Source of the DNA: Mustelus asterias
Taxonomy: Eukaryota
DNA length: 47,166 nucleotides
NCBI RefSeq assembly: GCF_964213995.1
Contig: NW_027590452.1
Location: forward strand, 1 to 47,166
Direction of reading: 5' to 3'
Below, in pieces: positions 10,813 to 22,789 of this stretch. Numbering within the stretch: the stretch's first letter is position 1; every line of letters begins with the position of its first letter. Position numbers and translations under genes: made by a program. A model generated the notes under the pieces. The model was not told the origin of the DNA and did not search any database. It saw nothing but the letters and a program-made list of their open reading frames with translations.

Positions 10813-11177
10813 ACATGTGCAAGTTCCTAGCCACCTGTGTGTGTGTGTGTGTGTGTGTGTGCGCATGTACCCGTGTCTGTATACATGAGAGTGTGCATGT
10901 AGTTGTGTGTGTGTGTGTGTATATGTGTGTGTTGTGGGTCAGTCTGTGTGTCTCTGCTCCCATTCTCTGTGTCTCTGGAACACAGATTCTGCCTGAGCAG
11001 CTCAGCATTTGATCATTTTCTGTTTCAATATCTGCCCTTTCCCCAGTGGGACTGAACTGTCTGTAAATCATGTTGGAAGGGACCTTAGGGCCCAGTCCTG
11101 CTACTGGGGGAGAGACAGAGAGGGAGAGACAGAAAGAGGAACAGATTGGGATTGGTAATGAGGGCCAAGGTTCCCAC

Positions 11178-12085
11178 AAACACTTCAAGATAAGAAGGGA
11201 AATGGAGAGGACTGATAAAGAACAACTTTTTCTGCTGGTCGGGGAGTCCAGGACTTGGGGGACATTGGATTTTAGACAATGTTTAGGGTTTTAGACTTTT
11301 CGGAGTGAAATTCAGGATCACTTTGCCACACCAGGTGTGATATTAGTTTGGAACTACCTTCTATAATTCACAGTTGATGCTCAGTCGCTTATTAATGTTC
11401 AAACCCGAAGTTGATAGATGGTATTTTACACACAGGAGAAGCAATTTAAAATCAATGGGTCAATGTTAAAATAGTTGCAGGAACAGAGAGACCTGGGGTT
11501 TCAGTTCATTTTTACATCTTAGAGATTCAACCTGGGGCTCAGAATCTGTCAGTTGAATCTACTTTTCCTGTCCCGAAAACGTGTCAACAATTGTGTTGGG
11601 GAATGTGACAAAAGGTGACATTCCTGCATCCTGCACAGTGGGGTTGGGAGGTTGTTTGAAAGGAGATTCAGAAAGCGTCAATTAGATTGTGTCTCTTTGC
11701 AGAAGGTGAGTATTTCACAGGAGATGCCTTGGGATAAAGGAAAGTTTTACCAATGTCTGCGTAACTTTCAAAGTCTCCAGACGCATGAAGGGGGCAGAGA
11801 TTTTGTAATATTCAGAGCAGGAGATGCCAGACAATCACAGAATTGAAGATGTGAGGCCATCTCTTGTTTCTGAATGTCAATCTGTAGCTTTTAAACTTTA
11901 GTCCTGGGCTAATCATTCCAAGTTTGCAATCCCACACTTTGCTGTTGTGAATTTTGAGTTGTAAATTTTCTGAAATTGATTCTGTAATAAAAATCCCTGC
12001 AGGATGCAATGATTCCCATTCTGTCTGCTGCTGCAAAGCCCCAGTTTGTGTCTCAGTTTCACTATTTATCAACCATTTAAGATCC
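11178..12085 (+). repeat. Paralog of 1678-2586
   Basis: Direct colinear similarity. Confidence 0.9.
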
Positions 12086-12088
12086 AAG

Positions 12089-12590
12089 AGTCATAGAATT
12101 CCTACACTGCAGAATGAGGCCATTCAGCCCAACAAGCCTGCCCCAACAATAATCCCACCCAGGCCCGAATCCCCCTGACACTAAGAGGCAATTTAGCAAA
12201 CGTGCAAACTCCACACAGACAGTCACTCGAGGCGGGGAATCGAACCCAGATCCCTGGCGCTGTGAGTCAGCAGTGCTAACCACTGTGCCACCGTGTCGCC
12301 CGGTGATGAGACAGAACGTTTGCCAAAGTGCACAGAAATAGGCAGCATTGTCAGCATTTTCGCTGGAAGCTTCAAATGACAAAGGGGTCTTAATAGTAGA
12401 GTCACAGAATCCCTGCAGTGCAGAAGGAGACCATTCAGCCCATCAAGTCTGCACTGACTCTCTGACACAGCATCTTGACCCAGCCCTATCCCCGTAACCC
12501 CACACATTTACCTTAATCCACCTAACTACACAGTTTTGGACAGTAAATGGCAATTTACTGTGTCCAATCCACCTCACCTTCACAGCTTTG
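12089..12590 (-). mobile_element. Two partial HE1-type SINEs (12089-12301 and 12400-12590)
   Basis: HE1 tail and head motifs with internal deletions. Confidence 0.8.
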
Positions 12591-12592
12591 GA

Positions 12593-13320
12593 ATACACTG
12601 GCACGGATTTAGAAATGGTTAAAGGACAGAAAACAGAGCTGAGGTACAAATGGGTCATTTTCAGGGTGGCAGGCTGTGACCAGCGGCTTATCACAAGGAT
12701 CAGTACTCGGGAGCCCAGCTATTCACAATCCATATCATTGATTTGGACGTTTGGGATCAAATGTAATATTTCCCAGTTTGTACATGACATGAAAGCAGGT
12801 GGAAGTGTGAGTTGTGAGGAGGATGTAGACTCTTCAAGGGGATGTGGGAGAGGCTGAATTAGTGGTGAAACCACACACAGAGTGTTGTGGACAGTTTTAT
12901 CCTCTTACCTAAGGAAAGATATTCTTGTCATAGAGAGACTTCAATGAGGTTTCACTGCATTAATTCCTGGGATGGAGGGAGTGTCCCCTGAGGAAAGATT
13001 AAATAGACTGGACTTTTGTTTTATGCACTTTGGAAAAATGAGAGGTGATCTCATTCAAACTCAGACAATTCTTACAGGGCTCAGCAGGGTAGAGTCATAG
13101 AGGTTTACAGCATGGAAACAGGCCCTTTGGCCCAACTTGTCCAATGCCAACCAGATTTTACCATTAAGCTAATACCAATTGCCTGCATTTGGCCCACATC
13201 CTTCCATGCCAATCTTACCAATATAACTGTCTAAATTGTACCCGCCGCTACTACAACATCTGGCAGCTTGTTCCAATCCCCCACCACCCTATGTGTGAAA
13301 AGAATTGCCCTCTGGACTCT
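12593..13320 (+). repeat. Three-copy block of old CR1 relics (also 20322-21060 and 45319-46050)
   Basis: All three give the peptide GQKTELRYKWVIFRVAGCDQRLITRISTREPSYSQSIS. Confidence 0.92.
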
Positions 13321-13397
13321 CATCCCACTCATCTGAAACTTATGTCCTCTAGTTTTAGACTCCCCTCCCTTTTGGAAAAGATGTTGACGAGCTTATC

Positions 13398-13997
13398 AAA
13401 GAACAAAGAGAATTACAGCACAGGAACAGGCCCTTCGGCCCTCCAAGCCTGCACCAACCATGCTGCCCGACTGAACTAAAACCCCCTACCCTTCCGGGGA
13501 CCATATCCCTCTATTCCCATCCTATTCATGTATTTGTCCAGACGTTCCGTAAAACTCACTATCGTATCTGCTTCCACGACCTCCCCCGGCAGCGAGTTCC
13601 AGGCACCCACCACCCTCTGTGTAAAAAAACTTGCCTCGTACATCTCCTTTCAACCTTGCCCCGAGCACCATAAACCTGTGCCCCCGAGTAATTGACACTT
13701 GCACCCTTGGAGAAAGCTTCTGACTATCCACTCTGTCCATACTCCTCATAATCTTGTAGACTTCTATCAGGTCTCTCTCTCTCCCCCCCCCCCCCCCAAC
13801 CTCCGTCGTTCCAGTGAGAACAAATCAAGTTTCTCCAACCTCTCCTCATAGCTAATGCCCTCCATACCAGAGGCAACATCCTGGTAAATCTTTTCTGTAC
13901 CCTCTCCAAAGCTTCCACATCCTTCTGGTAGTGTGTCGACCAGAATTGAACACGATATTCCAAGTGCGGCCGAACTGAGATTCTATAAAGCTGCTAT
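13398..13997 (-). mobile_element. CR1 3' fragment nested in an older CR1 (about 13095-14447)
   Basis: EYRVQFWSTHYQKDVEALERVQKRFTRML; absent from the paralog at 20820-21545. Confidence 0.9.
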
Positions 13998-14017
13998 ATC
14001 CATGCCCTCATTATTTT

Positions 14018-14369
14018 AGAATAGAATAGAATAGAAACCCTACAGTGCAGAAGGAGGCCATTCGGCCCATCGAGTCTGCACCGACCACAATCCCACCCAG
14101 GCCCTACCCCCACATATTTACCCGCTAATCCCTCTAACCTACGCATCCCAGGACTCGAAGGGGCAATTTTTTTTTTTTTAACCTGGCCAATCAACCTAAC
14201 CCGCACATCTTTGGACTGTGGGAGGAAACCGGAGCACCCGGAGGAAACCCACGCAGACACGAGGAGAATGTGCAAACTCCACACAGACAGTGACCCGAGC
14301 CGGGAATCGAACCCGGGACCCTGGAGCTGTGAAGCAGCAGTGCTAACCACTGTGCTACCGTGCCGCCCT
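14018..14369 (-). mobile_element. Full-length young HE1-type V-SINE
   Basis: A box TAGCACAGTGG, B box GGTTCGATTCC, V-domain and (TTCTA)n tail; near-identical to 40946-41279. Confidence 0.95.
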
Positions 14370-14449
14370 CTACAAGACCACCCCTAAGCCTACTCAAGGG
14401 AAAAAAGTCCCAGACTATCCAGCCTCTCATTATAACTCAAACCAACAGG

Positions 14450-14800
14450 GCCCCGTAGTTTAAACTAGATAGGTTGTGGGGAGGGGATAAAAATGAGGTG
14501 ACTGAGAGTGAGGAAGGTAGCTCGCAAGCAGAGAAGGGTTATGGGCAGTGCAAGAGGGCGGATGGACAGGGAATAGAGAAGGGGAGAGCTCAGACCTAAG
14601 GATTGAGATGTGTTTACTTTAATGCCAGGAGTATAGTGAGTAAAGGGGATGAGCTCAGAGCGTGGATCGATGCCTGAAAGTGTGATGTGGTGGCCATTAC
14701 GGAGACTTGGATGTCTCAGGGACAGGACTGGATACTCCAGGTGCCGGGATTCAGATGTTTCAGGAAGGACAGGGAGGGAGGCAAGAGAGGGGGTGGAGTG
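14450..14800 (+). mobile_element. CR1 internal fragment: start of ORF2 AP endonuclease
   Basis: 14600-14800 translates GLRCVYFNARSIVSKGDELRAWIDA*KCDVVAITETW...FRKDREGGKRGGGV. Confidence 0.88.
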
Positions 14801-14879
14801 TCTGAAATATTAAAAATATTCTGAAACCCTTTCAAAGTGAAATTAAGGAACACTTCTTCACACAAAGGGTGTTCTCGAA

Positions 14880-16015
14880 TCACAGAACAGCAGGAGGCCA
14901 TTCGGCCCATCATGTCTGCCCCGATCCCGGAAGAGCCACCCAGCGAGTCCCATTCTCCAGCCCTGTCTCCTCAGCCCCCTAAATCAATCACTTTCAAATA
15001 TGTATCCGCCTCTCTTTTGAATCCTCCTATGGAATCTGCCTCCACCTCTCTCCCAGGCAGCGCATTCCAAATCCTAACAACTCTCCGAGTAAAGAAGTTT
15101 CTCCTCATCTCACTCCCAGCTCCCTTTCTGACCATCTTGAAATTGTGACCCCTTCGTCACTGACACACCAACGAGTGGAAACAGAATATCCTTCTTCACC
15201 CTGTCAACATTGTTCATCATTCTGAACACCTCGATAAGGTCACCTCTTCACCTTCTCTGCTCCAAGGAGAATAAGGCCAATTTCTCTCATCTTTCCTTGG
15301 ATCTAAAATCTCTCATTCCTGGAATCATTCTAGTGAATCTCCTTTGCACTCTCTCTCTCTCTCTGCCTCTCTCGAGGACTTTAACGTCCTTCCTTAAATA
15401 AGGTGCCCAGAACTGATCCCAGTGCTCCGAATGTGATCTGTCCAATGATTTGTAGAGGTGTAGCATCACTTCCTTGCTTTTATACTCTATGCCTCTCTTT
15501 ATAAACCCAAGGATCCTATCAGGCTTCTTAACAACTGTTTCATCTTGCCTGGCCACCTTCAGAGAATGAATCACTTGAAACCCAAGGCCCATCTGCTCCT
15601 GTAGTCCCCTCAACGTTGTACCATTGAGTCTGTATCGTCTCCCCATGTTTCTTCCACCAAAATGCATTCCCTCCCATTTCGCTGCATTGAAATTTATCTG
15701 CCAGGTGTCTGCCCATTTGGCCAACTTGTCCACGTCCCTCTGAAGTCGCTCAGTGTCATCCTCACAATTCACTCTTCTTCCGAGCTCAGCATCATCTGCA
15801 AATTTGGAGATTGTGCGTTCAACCCCCGTCGCTGAGCTGTTAATATAAATCAGAAAAAGCAAGGATCCCAACACTGATCCCTGGGGAACACCACTTTCAA
15901 CTCGTCTCCAGTCTGAGAAATGCCCATCTCTACCTCCCCTCTGTTTCCTATCTCTTACCAAACTTCTAATCCATGCTGCCAAGGACTCATCCATCCCTAA
16001 TATTTCTCATTTGCT
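14880..16015 (-). mobile_element. CR1 RT fragment
   Basis: ORF 15287-15994 has SGVPQGSVLG and KFADD. Confidence 0.92.
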
Positions 16016-16034
16016 GATTTGCATGTTAGTGGAG

Positions 16035-16995
16035 CGGTGTAAAAGGCATGCGGAACGCTTGCCTTTTTCAGTCGAGGCATAGATTACAAAAGCAGGGTAG
16101 ACATGTTGGAGCTGTATAAAACTTTGGTGAGGCCACAGCTGGAGTACTGTGTGCGGTTCTGGTCGCCACATTATAGGGAGGGTGTGAATGGACTGGACAG
16201 GATGCAGAGGAGATTCACCAGGATGCATCTGAGCTGGAGTGTTTCAGCTATGAAGAGAGCTATGGGCCACACGGTGGCACAGTTGTTATCACTGCTGCAT
16301 CACAGCGCCAGGGACCCAGGTTCGATTCCCGGCTTAGGTCACTGTCTGTGTGGAGTCTGCACGTTCTCTCCGTGTCTGCGTGCCTTTCCTCTGGGTGCTG
16401 CGGTTTCCTCCCACAGTGTGAATGATGTGCTGGTTAGGGTGCATTGGCCGTGGTAAATTTTCTCTCAGTGTAACCGAACACCAGAGTGTGGCATCTGGGG
16501 AATTTTCACAGTAACTTCACAGTGTTAATGCAAGCCTACTTGTGACACTAATAAACAAAATTAAAACTGAGATGTTGAGTAGGCTTGTGTTGTATTCATT
16601 GGAGCAGAGAAGACTGGGGGGGCGACCTGATTGAGGTGGACAAGATTATGAGAGACATGAGCAGTGTGGATCGGGAGCAGCTGTTCCCCTTAGTTGAAGG
16701 GTCAGTCACGAGGGGACATAGGTTCAAGGTGAGGGGCAGGAGGTTTAGGGGGGATGTGAGGAAAATCTGTTTTACCCACAGGGTGGTGACAGTCTGGAAT
16801 GCGCTGCCTGGGAGGTTGGTCGAGGCAAGTTGCCTCACACCCTTTAAAAAGTAGCTGGATAAGCACTTGGCACATCATCACATTCAGGGCTATGGGCCAA
16901 GTGCTGGTAAATGGGGTGAGGTCGGTATGTTAGGTGGTCCTCACGTGTCGGTGCAGACTCGATGGGCCGAAGGGTCTCTTCTGCACTGTATGAAT
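16035..16995 (+). mobile_element. CR1 3' fragment interrupted by a SINE (16262-16566)
   Basis: [19 protein letters not shown] then GDLIEVDKIM...TRGHRFKVRG. Confidence 0.9.
16262..16566 (+). mobile_element. V-SINE with alternative (non-HER1) 3' tail
   Basis: HE1-like head and V-domain followed by TTTCACAGTAACTTCA...GCCTACTTGTGACACTAATAAA. Confidence 0.85.
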
Positions 16996-17052
16996 CTGTG
17001 ACGAGGAAATGTTTTTAACGTCGTGACTGCTGGTATCTGGAATGTTCTGCCT

Positions 17053-17276
17053 TGATTCGCTGTAAGGATTCGCATTCCAACCATTATTCATGTAAATTGA
17101 GTCTGTGTCTTTATCTGCCCTGTTTGTGAACAGAATTCCCACTCACCTGAAGAAGGGGCTTGGAGCTCCGAAAGCTTGTGTGGCTTTTGCTACCAAATAA
17201 AGCTGTTGGACTTTAAGCTGGTGTTGTTAAACTTCTTACTGTGTTTACCCCAGTCCAACGCCGGCATCTCCACATC
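17053..17276 (+). mobile_element. Penelope-like element terminal repeat with 11-bp TSD
   Basis: ATGTTCTGCCT at 17042-17052 and 17277-17287; contains a hammerhead core; empty site in the paralog at about 26520-26560. Confidence 0.8.
17144..17180 (+). ncRNA. Minimal type I hammerhead ribozyme motif
   Basis: CAC-CUGAAGA-A-GGGGCU(UGG)AGCUCC-GAAA-GC-UU-GUG: core boxes, 6-bp stem II, 3-bp stem I and palindromic AAGCUU in place of stem III. Confidence 0.72.
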
Positions 17277-17624
17277 ATGTTCTGCCTGAGTCAGAGGTGG
17301 AAGAAGATTCCATCAAGAGGAAATTGAATGGGAAGCTGAAGGGAAAATATTGACAGGGTTACGGGGAGAGGGTGGAGGATTGGGAATAGTGAAACTGCTC
17401 TTGCAGTGTGTCGATCCAGGCTTGACGGGCTGAATGGCCTCCTGTGCTGTCCCCATTCTATGATTCACACACAAGTTAACTTCTCAGTGTCTATTAGGCC
17501 CCATTCGTTCCTCCATGATCAGTTCCAGCATTTCAAGTTCAGATCCCAGTACTTTTTAGTTGGGGCATTGAGGAGTAAAACAGAAATAGGAATGAGAGTG
17601 TCGGTGCGCTTATGTTTTTGTATT

Positions 17625-18030
17625 TCTGTGTGTGTGTGTGTGAGAGAGAGAGAGACAGTTTCTAAGTGTGTGCAAGTGTCTATTTCAATGTGTGTTTCTG
17701 TGTGTGCGATTGTGTTTCTCTGCGTGTGTCTGTGAGTGAGTGTGTGTCTGTGTGTCTCTCTCTCTCTGTGTCTTTGTGCATGTGTGTCTGTGAGTGTGTG
17801 TTTGTGTCCCTCTGCGTGTGTGTCCGTGAGTGTCTGTGTGTTTCTCTCTTTGCCTGTGTGTGTGTGTGTCTGTGTGTGTGTCTCTCTCTGTGTCTTTGTG
17901 CATGTGTGTCTGTGAGTGTGTGTTTGTGTCTCTCTGCGTGTGTGCGTGTGTCCGTGAGTGTGTGTTTGTGTCTCTGTGTGTGTGTCCGTGAGTGTCTGTG
18001 TGCCTCTCTCTTTGTCTGTGTGTGTGTGTG

Positions 18031-18061
<31 letters not shown>

Positions 18062-18062
18062 G
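17625..18062. repeat. TG/TC compound microsatellite
   Basis: Direct reading. Confidence 0.95.
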
Positions 18063-18141
18063 ATGATCTGTTTGAGTGGTGGAGCAGGCTCGATGGGTCA
18101 AATGGCCTCCAACTGAACATATTTGAGATTCAAATACATTG

Positions 18142-18334
18142 NNNNNNNNNNNNNNNNNNNNNNNNNNNNNNNNNNNNNNNNNNNNNNNNNNNNNNNNNNN
18201 NNNNNNNNNNNNNNNNNNNNNNNNNNNNNNNNNNNNNNNNNNNNNNNNNNNNNNNNNNNNNNNNNNNNNNNNNNNNNNNNNNNNNNNNNNNNNNNNNNNN
18301 NNNNNNNNNNNNNNNNNNNNNNNNNNNNNNNNNN
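18142..18334. other. Assembly gap (193 N)
   Basis: N run. Confidence 1.
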
Positions 18335-19699
18335 ATATTTATTGACCATTTAATGTGACTGAATGCTACACATCCTGGTTTGCCGATGACACAAAACATT
18401 AGACAGCATTGTAAGCAGCGTAGCTGGAAACATCACATTGCAAAGAGTTATTCATATTTTGTACATGGACAAAACTGGTGGAGAGGTTTCAGTGCAGGGA
18501 AATGTAAACTGACACAACTTAGATTTAAAAGGGAGAGAACAGCGTACTTTAATAAATGATGAAATGACAGAAACAGTGGAAGCTCCAAATGTCCAGATAT
18601 TTCACAGCTGGATTCACACAAAACACACAGCAATGGACCTGATATTGCAGAATTGTTGTAAATGTGGTTAATCTCAGTACGGAGGCTGTCTTCATGTTAC
18701 AATGTTAATCTGATCACTCTCATCAAAACAGGATCAACATTTCTGTACAATGTGAGTGAATCATCAGCTCAAATAGTTCAGGTTCAATGTTTAAAATAAC
18801 CAGTCACTTTTCTGTGGCTGCTTTGGGAGTGTCAGTGGAATGTAGTTCACAGTAAAGTGTGAACAATTGTATTGGGGAATAATTGGAAGCAGTTTCCATT
18901 GAGAGCTTCCTGCATTCTGGAAATGTGTGTGATCCATTCAGAGATAGGAAATGGACGGATGAATAAAGATGCAGTTTGTTGTGAATTACATGAGATTGTC
19001 TGCCTTGAAGATTCACAAGTTCCATGTGCTGAGAGAAAGGAATGATTAAACAATGTCGAGAATTCAAATCCTTCAGACAAGTGAAAAAGCAGGAGAACAA
19101 CTGAATCCACAAACGCTGCCACAGACAGTATTCGAAGCTTCAACTTCATGTTTGAATGGGAAGGGCTGATTGAAATAAACAGGAGGCCACACTGGGATGC
19201 TGAGCAATTTGATTCCTGTTTTTCCTAAACTTCAAAATAAAAATCTGTGATGAAACATTCCTTGGACAGAGCAGAGGGAATTTTACTCTGTATTTAGCCC
19301 ATTACAGTATTTGTGTTGGGAACATTTGATGAACAGTGCAGATTAAACGTTATTCTTAACCGCTGGAATTTAAGTTGGGGGCTGATTTAATCAAACATTG
19401 AAAATAATGAGGGAAAGGGAGAGGCTGATAAAGAACAAGTTTTTCTGCTGTCTGGGAACTCCAGGATTTGGGAATATTTGAATGTTAACCTCAGTTTAGA
19501 ATTTTAGAATTGTAGAAATGGAAACACTGCCAGATGTGGTGTGGAGTTAGTTTGAAACAATCTTCTGCAAATGGCTATTGATGCTCAGTCACTTGTTATT
19601 ATTGTAAATCTGGGGTTGATAGATTTTCCTCAGTCCAAGGGGTTAAGAGACAGAGAGTTAGATCACAGATCAGCCAGGACCTTATTGAATATTGGAACA

Positions 19700-20208
19700 G
19701 GCTTTCAGGAAGATTGTTCCAGATTCCAAACACCCTCTTGATGAAGTGCTTTTCCTCACTTCACTTCTGATCCATTTCCCCATCATTTAGAATCTGTGCC
19801 CTCTAGTTCATGACCATCTCTTGAGAAGGAAGAGTTTCTCACTCTTTAACCTGTGGATACCCCTTAGGATCTTGAACCTCTCTCTTAAGTCTCACCTCAG
19901 CCTTCTTTTCTCCAAGGAAAACAGTCCCAACCTCTCCAATCTACCCTCGTAGCTACGGATCTTATTCCCTGGAATCATTCTTGTGAATCTCCTCTGCACT
20001 CTCTCCAATGTCTTCACATCCCTCCTCAAGTACGGTGCCCAGAACTGGGCGCAGTCTCCAGATGAGGCCTAACAAGTGTCTTATACAAGTTCAATATGAA
20101 CTCCTTACTCTTGTCCTCAATTCCTCCATTAATAAAAGCTGGGATACCATATACTTCATTTACTGCTCTCTCAAAGTGCCCTGCCACCTTCACTGACGTA
20201 TGTACATA
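19700..20208 (-). mobile_element. Old CR1 fragment
   Basis: Degenerate RT C-terminal DNA motifs (TGCCCAGAACTG, GAATCTCCTCTGCACTCTCTCCAA). Confidence 0.75.
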
Positions 20209-20819
20209 TTAGAATCATAGAATCCCTACAGTGCAGAAGGAGGCCATACAGCCCATCGAGCCTGCGCTGACAACATTCCCACCCAGGCCCTATCCCCGTG
20301 ATGCAACGTATTTACCCTGATAATACCGGCATGAATTGAGAAATGGTTAACGGACAGAAAACAGAGCTGAGGTACAAATGGGTCATTTTCAGGGTGGCAG
20401 GCTGTGACCAGCGGCTTATCACAAGGATCAGTACTCGGGAGCCCAGCTATTCACAATCCATATCATTGATTTGGACGTTTGGGATCAAATGTAATATTTC
20501 CCAGTTTGCAGATGACATGAAGGCAGGTGGAAGTGTGAGTTGTGAGGAGGATGTAGACTCTTCAAGGGGATGTGGGAGAGGCTGAATTAGTGGTGAAACC
20601 ACACACGGAGTGTTGTGGACAGTTTTATCCTCTTACCTAAGGAAAGACATTCTTGTCCGAGAGGGACTTCAATGACATTTCACTGCATTAATTCCTGGGT
20701 TGGAGGGATTGTCCTCTGAGGAAGGAAAATAAACTGGACTTTTACTTTAGGCACTTGAGAAGCATGAGAGGTGACCTCATTCAAACTTGGACAATTCTTA
20801 CAGGGCTCAGCAGGGTCGC

Positions 20820-21545
20820 GTCATAGAGGTTTACAGCATGGAAACGCGCTTTGGCCCAACTTGTCCATGCCGCCCAGTTTTTACCATTAAGCTAATCACA
20901 ATTGCCTGTGTTTCGCCCATATCCCTCTATACCAATCTTACCCATGTAACTGTCTAAATGCTTTTTAAAACATAAAATTGTACCCGCCACTACTACTACC
21001 TCTGGCAGCTCATTCCAGACACTCACCACCCTCTGTGTGAAAAGAATTGCCCCTCTGGACCCTTTTGTATCTCTCCCCTCTCACCTTAAACCTATGCCCT
21101 CTAGTTTTAGACTCCCCTACCTTTGGGAGAAGATATTGACTATCTAGCTGATCTGTGCCCCTCATTATTTTATAGACCTCTATAAAATCACCCCTCAGTC
21201 TTCTACGCTACAGGGAAAAAAGTCCCTGTCTGTGCAACCTCTCCTTAAAACCCAAACCATCATGTCCCGGTAGCATCCTAGTAAATCGTTTTTGCACTCT
21301 TTCTAGTTTAATAATATCTATTCTAAAATAGGGTGACCAGAACTGTGCACAGTATTCCAAGCGTGGCCTTAACAATGTCTTGTACAACTTCAACAAGACG
21401 TCCCAACTCCTGTATTCAATGTTCTGACCAATGAAACCAAGCATGCCGAATGCCTTCTTCACCACTCTGTCCACCTGTGACTCCACTGTCAAGAAGCTAT
21501 GAACCTGTACCCCGAGATCTCTTTGTTCTATAACTCTCCCCAACC
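20820..21545 (-). mobile_element. CR1 3' fragment
   Basis: QRDLGVQVH...LYKTLLRPRLEYCAQFWSP...ERVQKRFTRMLPG. Confidence 0.92.
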
Positions 21546-21685
21546 CCCAAACATTAGCTGAGTAGATAGAGGAAGGATGTTTCCGCTGGCTTGGGGGTGG
21601 GGGGGGGGGGGGGGGGGAGGGGTGGGGGTGTCTAGAACCATGGCATAGTCGCAGAGTAAGGGGGCAGGACATTTCGGACTGAGAT

Positions 21686-22763
21686 AAGAACATAAGAAAC
21701 AGGAGCAGGGGTAGGCCATCTAGCCCCTCGAGCCTGCCCCGCCATTCAATAAGATCATGGCTGATCTGAAGTGGATTAGTTCCACTTACCCGCCTGATCC
21801 CCATAACCCCTAATTCCCTTACCGATCAGGAATCCATCTCTCCGTGATTTAAACATATTCAACGAGGTAGCCTCCACCACTTCAGTGGGCAGAGAATTCC
21901 AGAGATTCACCACCCTCTGAGAGAAGAAGTTCCTCCTCAACTCTGTCCTCAGCTGACCCCCTTTATTTTGAGCCTGTGCCCTCTAGTTCTAGCTTCCTTT
22001 CTAAGTGGAAAGAATCTCTCCATCTCTACCCTATCCAGCCCCTTCATTATCTTATAGGTCTCTATAAGATCCCCCCTCAGCCTTCTAAATTCCAACGAGT
22101 ACAAACCCAATCCGCTCAGTCTCTCCTCATAATCAACACCCCTCATCTCTGGTATCAACCTGGTGAACCTTCTCTGCACTCCCTCCAAGACCAATATATC
22201 CTTCCGCAAATAAGGGGACCAATACTGCACACAGTATTCCAGCTGCGGCCTCACCAATGCCCTGTACAGATGCAGCAAGACATCTCTGCTTTTATATTCT
22301 ATCCCCCTTGCGATATAGGCCAACATCCCATTTGCCTTCCTGATCACCTGTTGCACCTGCAGACTGGGTTTTTGCGTCTCATGCACAAGGACCTCCAGGT
22401 CCCTTTGCACAGCAGCATGTTGTAATTTTTTTCCATTTAGATAATAATCCAATTTGCTATTATTTTCTCCAAAGTGAATAAACTCGCATTTGTCAACGTT
22501 ATACTCCATCTGCCAGATCCTCGCCCACTCACTCAGCCTGTCCAAATCTCTCTGCAGACCTTCTACGCCCTCCGCACGATTCACTTTTCCACTTATCTTT
22601 GGGTCGTCTGCAAACTTTGTTACCCTACACTCAGGCCTCTCCTCCAGATCGTCTATATAAATGGTAAATAGTTGAGGCCCCAGTACCGATCCCTGCGGCA
22701 CGCCACCAGTTACCATCCGCCAACCAGAAAAGCACCCATTTATTCCGACTCTCTGCTTCCTGT
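21686..22763 (-). mobile_element. CR1 RT fragment
   Basis: ORF 21949-22827 has GVPQGSVLGPQLFTIYIDD, KFADD and SLEFRRLRGDLIETYK. Confidence 0.95.
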
Positions 22764-22789
22764 GAGGAGGAATTTCTTCCCTCAGAGTC

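Larger units (their letters stand above)
17237..22704 (+). repeat. Segmental duplication copy 1 (about 5.5 kb)
   Basis: Nearly identical to 42076-47166, offset about 25 kb. Confidence 0.97.

Noticed and set aside
14295-14369. tRNA genes
   Set aside because: A and B boxes continue into the V-domain and a LINE-derived tail, so these are SINE heads
18098-18399. ORFs containing X runs (also at 31.1-31.6 and 42.8-43.4 kb)
   Set aside because: Artefacts of N gaps
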